Source of the DNA: a virus | Virus record (IMG/VR): IMGVR_UViG_3300025072_002799 | Span: 1 to 64,000 of that record | Reading direction: 5' to 3' (one strand) | Length of the DNA: 64,000 nucleotides | Shown here: in pieces, positions 16,211 through 23,531 of the stretch | Layout of the letters: each line of letters begins with the position of its first letter | Position numbering within the stretch: the stretch's first letter is position 1 | Made by a program: the position numbers and the translations under genes | Notes under the pieces: generated by a model | What the model saw: the letters and a program-made list of their open reading frames with translations, nothing else | Databases searched by the model: none | Told to the model about the DNA's origin: nothing

Positions 16211-16292
16211 AGGTGGAGGAAGGTGTCGCGCCTTCCATCTCGACTCTCTCCCTAAGGAAAGTGTCGCGCTTTTCTAATTAAGCTATCCGCCT
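16211..16292 (-). ncRNA. anticodon-less tRNA-like RNA 1
   Basis: AGGCGGA TA GCTT-AATTAGAA-AAGC G CGACACTTTCC-TTAG-GGAGAGAGTCG AGAT GGAAGG-CGCGACA-CCTTCC TCCACCT. Confidence 0.75.
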
Positions 16293-16513
16293 TATCTTTT
16301 TTTAATCTTTCCTACCACTTCAACTTGAACAGGAACTTCATCAATGTTTTCTGGAAGTTCTTTTTCTGTTGGTGACAACAAATTTACTTTCAATCCATAT
16401 CCATCATCTAAACGAACAATTCCGACAGACACATGTTTTCCGACTATTGAGACAAAAGTTTCAACCGCTTTTTCTTTGGCTTTTCTAGCCAAATCAATGT
16501 TAGCGCCTTTCAT
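16292..16513 (-). CDS. hypothetical protein
   Basis: 73 aa with AGGGG SD; stop codon abuts tRNA-like RNA 1. Confidence 0.7.
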   Translation of the reverse strand: MKGANIDLARKAKEKAVETFVSIVGKHVSVGIVRLDDGYGLKVNLLSPTEKELPENIDEVPVQVEVVGKIKKR

Positions 16514-16525
16514 CTTTGCATCCCC

Positions 16526-16744
16526 TTATAGTTTATAGTGTCCACGTTTTCCTGGTCTGGAAATAAAATTTCCAATCGCCCTGAATGCATAACGAATATC
16601 GCCCACAAGAGACAAGCAATCGCCTTCTAATGTTAAAAAATCAGCGTCTCCAACATACTTGGCATCCAATTTTTCACCATCATAAGTCTCACACTCGTAC
16701 CAAACATCTACTACAAGATCTTTTTCTTCAATGTAACTTGCCAT
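16526..16744 (-). CDS. hypothetical protein
   Basis: ATG at 16744, 5 nt after a -10 box. Confidence 0.65.
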   Translation of the reverse strand: MASYIEEKDLVVDVWYECETYDGEKLDAKYVGDADFLTLEGDCLSLVGDIRYAFRAIGNFISRPGKRGHYKL

Positions 16745-16749
16745 AATCA

Positions 16750-16778
16750 ACTATAGTGGTTCAACCCATTCTTGTCAA
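16750..16778 (-). promoter_or_regulatory. sigma70-type promoter
   Basis: TTGACA-17 nt-TATAGT. Confidence 0.75.
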
Positions 16779-16784
16779 GTGGAT

Positions 16785-17420
16785 TTATTCCTCGTATCTT
16801 TTGTTGGCTACATCTTGCAAATCGCGTTCTAATTGGAATACCAACTCTCTTGAATCATCAGCTTCACCTCCATCTTGACAACCACGAAACAACATTGTGC
16901 TAAGCAAGTCACGTCTTATTAGACGACAGAATTGTGACACAAGATTGAATTCCATAAAGTGTTCTGGTGGCTTGAATTCTTCCGGCAAACGTTCACAAAT
17001 TTCTTCAAAATCTATATCGTCTAACTTTCCTCTTTCCAGACCAATTTCTTTTAGAGTACCCGTAAACATCAATCGTTCAAAACAAAAATGTTTCAAATTT
17101 GATGTAACTCTATCAATAAGAGGCTGTCCCCACATCGTGGCAGTCTTTTGATATTCAATTACACGATCCCACGCATCCTGGTGAAAGAAAATAGCTCTTT
17201 CTTGATAACACTCTTGCATGTCTTCTTTAGTTTCGCCTTCAATCCATCCATAGTCGTTATATTTGCTTTCTTTGTAGATGGCAGAGACATGCCTCATGTC
17301 AAATGTTGACTCAAAGTTGCAATACTTATGCATTTCCTTGTCAAATAGAACCATTACACAATCTTGCCCATGAAAAATTGGCAGGAGTGTAATTGCACAA
17401 GTTTCGTCCCAACAACCCAT
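16785..17420 (-). CDS. conserved phage hypothetical protein
   Basis: 211 aa; MGCWDETC and YNDYG motifs; AAGG SD. Confidence 0.75.
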   Translation of the reverse strand: MGCWDETCAITLLPIFHGQDCVMVLFDKEMHKYCNFESTFDMRHVSAIYKESKYNDYGWIEGETKEDMQECYQERAIFFHQDAWDRVIEYQKTATMWGQPLIDRVTSNLKHFCFERLMFTGTLKEIGLERGKLDDIDFEEICERLPEEFKPPEHFMEFNLVSQFCRLIRRDLLSTMLFRGCQDGGEADDSRELVFQLERDLQDVANKRYEE

Positions 17421-17468
17421 TTTTTATACCTTTCCAAATGCTCGCTAAGGCCACCGGAAGGCTCCTTT

Positions 17469-17579
17469 CTAAACAACTATAGTGACAAAAGTTTCTTTGT
17501 CAAACGATTTTCTTTTCGCTTTCGTTTGCGTCCGTCCCTCTCGACTAAACAACTATAGACGCCTCAAAAAAAAATGCAA
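17469..17579 (-). promoter_or_regulatory. tandem sigma70-type promoters
   Basis: TTGACA-16-TATAGT and TTGCAT-16-TATAGT; both contain CTATAGTTGTTTAG (17469-17482 and 17545-17558). Confidence 0.6.
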
Positions 17580-17617
17580 GCGATTTTTCCCATTTTTGTT
17601 CGAAATCGCTTGCATTT
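17566..17617 (-). terminator. terminator after the cca gene
   Basis: 15-bp perfect inverted repeat AAATGCAAGCGATTT with a T-run on the minus strand. Confidence 0.7.
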
Positions 17618-17643
17618 AAGGGTTTTAGGCTAAAAAATAATGC

Positions 17644-19182
17644 CTACATGTTTAGTTTTGAGTGCTTTCCAAGGAAGTCACCATACATTTTTGCCACCAA
17701 TTGCTGTTTTCTGTTTCCTACAGATGGACCATGAACCTGTCCAGAAATAGGATCTCTCAAATCAGCAAAGTCTTGATGAAGGTTATCGTCATCGTCATAC
17801 ACAGAAGGCATTTTCGACTTCATCAGATCTCGGAGCGCATTAGTATGACCAGATGGTCGTTTCATAAGTTTTGACCACCTTTCCAATCTTCCTCCATCAT
17901 TGGCATATTCTCCTGGCCAAGGATTATTGGCATGCATCCTCATTAACTCTTTTCCATCTTCATGATCCATCGCAGAAGAATTCATCAACCATGTGATTGC
18001 TTTTACTTCTGTGTTTGGCCATCCAGCACTATTCAGCATTTTGGTAACTTTGCCAATGTCATTGTCTCTTAGAATCCAAGCAACAGATACCAAACGATCT
18101 TTCTCGTTGATAATGTCTTCTGGACCGTCTAACTTGAATGTCATTCCAGGGAATACCTTTTTGAGGAATCCAAGATCACGATACAAACGAATGTATTTCT
18201 TAGGATCAATCTCAGAGTCTTCCAACCCTTTCAAGAATTCGTCTCTAGCACGTTCTTTAGACACTGACTTGAAATTGTCTTCAACAAGAGTTTCAATGGC
18301 TTCTTTATACTTTGGAGGAATGTTTGCGACAGTTCCTTTTCCGTATTTGGAATAGAAACGGACATATCTAAATGCTCGCAATTGATCTTCCTCAAGTCTG
18401 TCTGATGCTTTTCCAACAAACAGAACATCAGAATTTCCTTTCCCACCAGACATATGGGTCAATCCGCCATGAGGGTCATGTAGTTTTCCATTGGCACCGT
18501 CTGCGTTGTCCAATTTGATGTACATGGCGTTAATGGTGAAGTCTCTACGACCAGCATCTCCAGCAAGGTCAGAAAAACTCATCTTGTCTGGAGTTCTACC
18601 ATCTCCACTCTTGGAGTCTTCGCGGAAAGTAGCAAGTTCCATTTCTTCGCCACCACCAATACGGATTCCAATGACAAATTCACTGCCCTCTCTATCCCAT
18701 CCTTTGGCATAAAATTGCTTATTCTTATCCTGAGTGACACCTTTGGGCGGTTTAATATTATCTACATTCGACTTTTTCCCAGCCCCGCCAGTACCTTCAG
18801 TCTCGGTAAATCCCTGAGAAAGAAGAATCATTCGGATTTCACTAGGAGTTGCATCTGTTGCCAAGTCAAGATCCTTGGGCTTTTTCCCAAGCATATGATC
18901 CCTAACAGCGCCACCTACCAAATAGAGGCTCTTTCTCTTTAGTTTGATGTCTTCGGTGCCGCCTTCTCCCTTAACGGTGTTGTATCCACCAGAGATAAAG
19001 TCTCCAACACGGACATTTCCACTTTCATTAAAAGCCTTGATGACAGGAACTAACACAGAGTTATTGCTTCTATCCACAATGAACTCTTGACCTTTTTCAA
19101 GTTTTCGGTCAGTGCTAGTTGCTTTTGGTCCGTCAGAACCCTCTTGAAGCTTAACGAAATTACTGAAAGATTGTTTTTTCAT
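17644..19182 (-). CDS. cca: class II tRNA nucleotidyltransferase (CCA- or A-adding type)
   Basis: LVGGAVRD, DLDLAT, ELATFRE..DGR.P loop, RRDFTINAM and EDQLR motifs; poly(A) polymerase signature not seen. Confidence 0.85.
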   Translation of the reverse strand: MKKQSFSNFVKLQEGSDGPKATSTDRKLEKGQEFIVDRSNNSVLVPVIKAFNESGNVRVGDFISGGYNTVKGEGGTEDIKLKRKSLYLVGGAVRDHMLGKKPKDLDLATDATPSEIRMILLSQGFTETEGTGGAGKKSNVDNIKPPKGVTQDKNKQFYAKGWDREGSEFVIGIRIGGGEEMELATFREDSKSGDGRTPDKMSFSDLAGDAGRRDFTINAMYIKLDNADGANGKLHDPHGGLTHMSGGKGNSDVLFVGKASDRLEEDQLRAFRYVRFYSKYGKGTVANIPPKYKEAIETLVEDNFKSVSKERARDEFLKGLEDSEIDPKKYIRLYRDLGFLKKVFPGMTFKLDGPEDIINEKDRLVSVAWILRDNDIGKVTKMLNSAGWPNTEVKAITWLMNSSAMDHEDGKELMRMHANNPWPGEYANDGGRLERWSKLMKRPSGHTNALRDLMKSKMPSVYDDDDNLHQDFADLRDPISGQVHGPSVGNRKQQLVAKMYGDFLGKHSKLNM

Positions 19183-19599
19183 CTATTGAATCCCTAATTT
19201 ATAAATAATTATTGCTGCTGCAACCACAACTCCTAATTTGACAATAAAGTCAAAAATTGTAGTCCATCTATTTTCTTGTGTGGCAGTCTTTTGTTGTACG
19301 ACACCAATTCCAACTTCAATTTCATGAATTTTTTCACTAACTTCTTGCTGTTGTTTTAGAATTGCATCAATTTCTCTTTGAACATATTCTCCGTTTTTTG
19401 ACTCTAAAGCCACTATTCTCTCAACAAGTTTGGAGTGATTGTCCACAAATTTTTCCAATTTATCATCAGAATCTTCTTGTTTTTCACTAAGAGATTTCAA
19501 TCTCTCATCTACACGCGCCGTCAATTCAAACAATCCCTGTAGGGATTGCGTCACTTTGTCATTGAATTCTTTGTTAATACGGTCTGTGTTGTTCATCAA
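19183..19599 (-). CDS. coiled-coil protein with a C-terminal TM helix
   Basis: Heptad pattern plus hydrophobic C-terminus. Confidence 0.7.
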   Translation of the reverse strand: MMNNTDRINKEFNDKVTQSLQGLFELTARVDERLKSLSEKQEDSDDKLEKFVDNHSKLVERIVALESKNGEYVQREIDAILKQQQEVSEKIHEIEVGIGVVQQKTATQENRWTTIFDFIVKLGVVVAAAIIIYKLGIQ

Positions 19600-19640
19600 G
19601 GAAGTCCTGTCAATAAACGCTCTTTTAGGATATATATTGT

Positions 19641-20186
19641 ATGAGCATCCAAAATGACAAAGACAACAGCAGGTTGACTGAGAATAACATTTCTGACAAA
19701 GAAAATCAAGAAACAGTTCAAAAACCTGAAGTTATTGAAGCAAGTCCTATTGAAAATTCTGAACTAATGCCACAAATGAACATCGCTGTCCCTGCTGGGA
19801 GACAAAATGGTGACATATCTACTTTAGTAGGTGATGACGCATTATTGGGGATTTACGATGAAATAACCAAACAACTTAGAAAAGATCGAGAAGAAATAGA
19901 TGGTTTAATGACAAATTTTGCCGATATGGTCTTTAATGATGGTGACGCTTCAAGTGCGAGCAAAGAGGCAGTAGTCAGTTTAATGAAGATGAAAACAGAT
20001 ACCGCCGATAAAATGACGAAGGTTGCAGATTTGATGACAAGATTGAAGATGAAAGAAAAAGATACAATGAGTAGCTTTCAAAAGTCTCAATACAATCAAA
20101 CAAATAACGTCACAATACAAACTAATAAATCAAAACGTGATTTGATCGAGCAAATAGAAAAGGACAAAAGAAATGGGAATTCATAA
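19641..20186 (+). CDS. hypothetical helical protein
   Basis: 181-aa ORF; GATATATA upstream. Confidence 0.75.
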   Translation: MSIQNDKDNSRLTENNISDKENQETVQKPEVIEASPIENSELMPQMNIAVPAGRQNGDISTLVGDDALLGIYDEITKQLRKDREEIDGLMTNFADMVFNDGDASSASKEAVVSLMKMKTDTADKMTKVADLMTRLKMKEKDTMSSFQKSQYNQTNNVTIQTNKSKRDLIEQIEKDKRNGNS

Positions 20187-21462
20187 CATAGAAGATTGGT
20201 TGGTAGAGGCAGAAATACCACCATTGGCTGGACAGCCAGATCCAGGCGGAATGCAGGCACCTGGAAGCACTCCTGATATGCCTAACGCTGCTGGTCTGCC
20301 ACCATCACAAAATGCTGGCGAAGAAATGGATGACCCAACTGAAGTGCCTGATACTTCTAATGATCCACATGCTCCAGACATGCCAGAAGAGAAAGCTGAT
20401 GTCGGAGACTTTGAATCATGGAGAATGCAATACTTTAGAGAACTGCTAAAAGGTGACTCAAATCATATGATTGATATGATTCACCAAGTCAGAGATAGAG
20501 ATCTTGATGAATATCAAAGAAAGTTTGTTGAAGACAATCTGCAAATTAACATCTTAAGACAAGACAGCAATATTGAAAAAGTTTCAAAAGACGTTATCAA
20601 GAACGTTAAAAATGAAATCAACAAAAACTCTCCAGGCGTGTCATTAGTCAATCACATCGCACTTGCACTAGAAGCCAACCCAGTCGTCAATTCCATTTTC
20701 ATCAAGCTGAATGGACTCTGGGGAGCAAAGGGAGATCTTCACCGTAAGTTTCTCGCATCTTTGCTGAATGCCGCTCAGGTAGGCTCTGGGGGCGTTGAGA
20801 ACGAAGACATAGTTTACAATGACAATGATTTCTCTGTGCAGATCTCCACAAGATGTAACTCAAAGTTCGGAAGCATTATGTTGGGAAGTTGGAGTCTAAA
20901 AGAAGATGACCCAGAAAGATACCTGCAACCACCTGAACTTAAAAGACTGCAAGAAGGAAGCCCAGAAGAAAAAGACGTTTTAAGAAGACGTGTTGTTATT
21001 GAATCTATAATAAACAAATTCAAAACAAGAGCTTTCATTACAACAATAACAAATACCGAAGGAACAATTTACAATCTTGGAATTGATCTTTCTGAAATGT
21101 TGCAGTCCTCATATAAAGATGGGAAGTTGCTGGTTAGAACAACAGAAGCAGAAAACTCTGAGGCAATGATTGATGATGACGGCAAAATACTTCCATACAT
21201 TGATCTAAATATTAAATATGCAAAACCTACTGGAAGACAAACTCCAGAAGGTAAGCCTGAAATCGAAGAATTAGAATTCCTAGAAAGAATAAACGGACAA
21301 TTGTTTATCTCAGGAAGTTTGCAAACAATGCAAGACGCAGCAACATCGTTGGCTGGGATTGTGTTAAAAGAATTGCCATACAGTGGAAACCCAACAGATT
21401 TGCATGCTATCGAAAGATGCGTGCCTTCTGTAGCAGAAATACTCCTTAGAAGGTGCGGATAA
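20173..21462 (+). CDS. hypothetical protein, probably virion-associated
   Basis: 429 aa; IEDWLVEAE N-terminus followed by a Pro/acidic linker. Confidence 0.75.
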   Translation: MGIHNIEDWLVEAEIPPLAGQPDPGGMQAPGSTPDMPNAAGLPPSQNAGEEMDDPTEVPDTSNDPHAPDMPEEKADVGDFESWRMQYFRELLKGDSNHMIDMIHQVRDRDLDEYQRKFVEDNLQINILRQDSNIEKVSKDVIKNVKNEINKNSPGVSLVNHIALALEANPVVNSIFIKLNGLWGAKGDLHRKFLASLLNAAQVGSGGVENEDIVYNDNDFSVQISTRCNSKFGSIMLGSWSLKEDDPERYLQPPELKRLQEGSPEEKDVLRRRVVIESIINKFKTRAFITTITNTEGTIYNLGIDLSEMLQSSYKDGKLLVRTTEAENSEAMIDDDGKILPYIDLNIKYAKPTGRQTPEGKPEIEELEFLERINGQLFISGSLQTMQDAATSLAGIVLKELPYSGNPTDLHAIERCVPSVAEILLRRCG

Positions 21463-22762
21463 TCAATTGCCCCGCCGCCAAAAGACGGCAGGGCTTGTTA
21501 CACTGCCTAAGCAGAAACATTAGCGGTTGTTAAACCACCGTTAGGCAAATTGACAGTTGCCCAATCTGGATAGCCTGTAGCGTCCAGATATTTGAGTACA
21601 ATATTTTTACTAGCATTAAGGTCAGCATTCAATTGGAAGCCACACTTTCTACATTTGAAATTGCTTTGGTTCTGGCGATTGCCTTTGTGTATGTGTCCGC
21701 ATTTGCTACATCTTTGCGAAGTGTAGCGTGCGTCAACATACACGACTTGACATCCTTTTGCCATCGCTTTGTAAGTCAAAAATTGTTCAAATTGAAAGAA
21801 ATTCCATTTATTCACTTCCTTGCGTTGTGGTTTACGAAATTTAGTCGCTCCACCACGAATGCCAGTAAGTTTTTCAAGAACGATGGTTGTTCCTTTTTCA
21901 AGATCTTTAACAATTTGTTTGGCAATACAATGGTTAATGTCCTTCCGCATAAGCCGTTCGCTTCGACTAATTTTAGCCAAGTGTCTTTTTGCAGAACGAG
22001 TGCCTTTACTTTGCAAAGCACTTCTCAACCTTTCATATCGTTCACTCAATCGTTTAATTCTTCCGCCACCGTAAAACCTATTGTCACTTACCGTAGCCAA
22101 TTTTCTGATGCCTCGATCAATGCCAATCATTTTTCCAGATGGTTCAACATCTTCAGTTTCTTTTTCAAAGACAATGTGCAGAAATGTTTTGCCTTTGACT
22201 TGAAAAAGATCTGCCGAGCATCGTTTCCATGTAAGATATTGTTCAAAATGTTTGGGGACAAAAATAGGAAGTCGAACTCTGCCTTTAAGTGTCAAAATGT
22301 TGATGGTCCTATTGGCAAAATCAACAGTCAAACTTCTGTCATCGTACCTAATTGTCGAGCATTTATTTTTAGGACAGGAAACTTTCTTTCCTTTCTTTTT
22401 ACTAACTTGAGTAGAAGCAAGTGCTTCTGTGGCTTTAACTCTGGCAGAAATAGCCAGTTGGCTTTTGAGTCCCGTGTCATTTCTGACTTGGTGGTAGGTC
22501 AAATGATGCAGACTAACTCCGTTAAACTCTTGGTTGTCCCAAGCAGTTTGACAAACATAATTGAAAGCGTCAGTATATGCTTCAAGCGTTGGCTTGAAGG
22601 TTTCACTGTCAACTTCCAATTTCAATTTAATGGTTCTCATCTGTTTCATATACGTACTCTATATAGAGTAGTCGAAGACAGATTTTGCCATAAATTATTT
22701 AAATTTTGTACTAATTATTTTGGAGACGGGCATCCTCACGGCTTTGACGTAGGAGTTTCTTG
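21462..22762 (-). mobile_element. non-autonomous IS200/IS605-family element (tnpB only)
   Basis: Right end ACAAGCCCTGCCGTCTTTTGGCGGCGGGGCAATTGAT; left-end-like imperfect hairpin at ~22730-22762; no tnpA. Confidence 0.7.
21507..22649 (-). CDS. tnpB: RNA-guided endonuclease TnpB
   Basis: RTIKLKL N-terminus; GIDRG, VLEKL, YTSQRCSKCG and NADLNAS motifs. Confidence 0.95.
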   Translation of the reverse strand: MKQMRTIKLKLEVDSETFKPTLEAYTDAFNYVCQTAWDNQEFNGVSLHHLTYHQVRNDTGLKSQLAISARVKATEALASTQVSKKKGKKVSCPKNKCSTIRYDDRSLTVDFANRTINILTLKGRVRLPIFVPKHFEQYLTWKRCSADLFQVKGKTFLHIVFEKETEDVEPSGKMIGIDRGIRKLATVSDNRFYGGGRIKRLSERYERLRSALQSKGTRSAKRHLAKISRSERLMRKDINHCIAKQIVKDLEKGTTIVLEKLTGIRGGATKFRKPQRKEVNKWNFFQFEQFLTYKAMAKGCQVVYVDARYTSQRCSKCGHIHKGNRQNQSNFKCRKCGFQLNADLNASKNIVLKYLDATGYPDWATVNLPNGGLTTANVSA

Positions 22763-22774
22763 CTCGAAAATCAG

Positions 22775-23284
22775 ATGAAAACATTCAAAGACTTTGCTGA
22801 TAAAAAAGATCGTTCAAACAAAAAACACCTAGAAATCGTTTACAAAGTGTGTGAACAAGGTGGATTAAAAGTATCAAATCATCTTGATGATGACGAACCT
22901 TATATATTTGTTCGAAATAATGCCGGGCAAACACTTTCATTTGATGGAGTAAGAATATACTCCATTGGAGATAGCATGGCATATAGAGTTCAAAAAGATG
23001 AAAATACCCATCCTTATGGTCGAGCATACTTGCTGGATCTGGAAGAAATGTTTGAAGATCTGGTGTCTGACAACACATCTACAGAAGATGCCGCAAAAGA
23101 AATAATTAAAACTGTTAGTGAAAACCTAAAGGGATTCTTTGATAAAAGCGAGAAGGCTGAAATAGAAATCAGAGATGATGACATTGATAAAGAAAAAGAT
23201 CCACTAGGAAGGGCTGCCGTTAAATCAACTGGAACTGATTACTCTAACACTGTTACGTCAAAGGGAACTAATTACGGAGGATAA
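22775..23284 (+). CDS. hypothetical protein, probably virion-associated
   Basis: Start moved to MKTFKDF at 22775. Confidence 0.7.
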   Translation: MKTFKDFADKKDRSNKKHLEIVYKVCEQGGLKVSNHLDDDEPYIFVRNNAGQTLSFDGVRIYSIGDSMAYRVQKDENTHPYGRAYLLDLEEMFEDLVSDNTSTEDAAKEIIKTVSENLKGFFDKSEKAEIEIRDDDIDKEKDPLGRAAVKSTGTDYSNTVTSKGTNYGG

Positions 23285-23303
23285 GTTCTTTTAAGATGTA
23301 AGT

Positions 23304-23338
23304 TAAATTAAAACGCCCCTTTTGGGCGTTTTAATTTA
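23304..23338. terminator. bidirectional terminator made of two inverted copies of the dispersed motif
   Basis: TAAATTAAAACGCCC-CTTTT-GGGCGTTTTAATTTA between convergent genes. Confidence 0.8.
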
Positions 23339-23339
23339 T

Positions 23340-23531
23340 TTACTTCTTACCTTTCTTCTTCTTACCCTTTAGCTTGAAGGGCCAAGTGGCTCCCATGTTA
23401 GCCATATGTCCAACATAATCATCGCTTAGGTTGTCTTTTTCAATAGACCTATTACCTTTTGACATTGTTTGTTTCCAATTAACATTTTTGCCAACGGCGT
23501 GTTCTTTTATCCATTCAGAGAATGTTATCAT
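23340..23531 (-). CDS. small basic protein
   Basis: MITFSEWIKE start; Lys-rich tail; TAATG coupling to the helicase gene. Confidence 0.7.
   Translation of the reverse strand: MITFSEWIKEHAVGKNVNWKQTMSKGNRSIEKDNLSDDYVGHMANMGATWPFKLKGKKKKGKK

Noticed and set aside
15837-16292. Canonical or intron-containing tRNA genes
   Set aside because: No 7-nt anticodon loop; the arm is a continuous stem with a tetraloop, too short for a self-splicing intron; the T stem is 6 bp.
15837-16292. tmRNA or YrlA-type Y RNA
   Set aside because: No tag reading frame or alanine-type acceptor end; the topology is normal tRNA order, not the closed-acceptor permutation of YrlA; no Ro60 gene in the window.
21633-22778. 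381-aa ORF antisense to tnpB
   Set aside because: Shadow frame with a TTG start, Phe/Ser-rich composition and no motifs.
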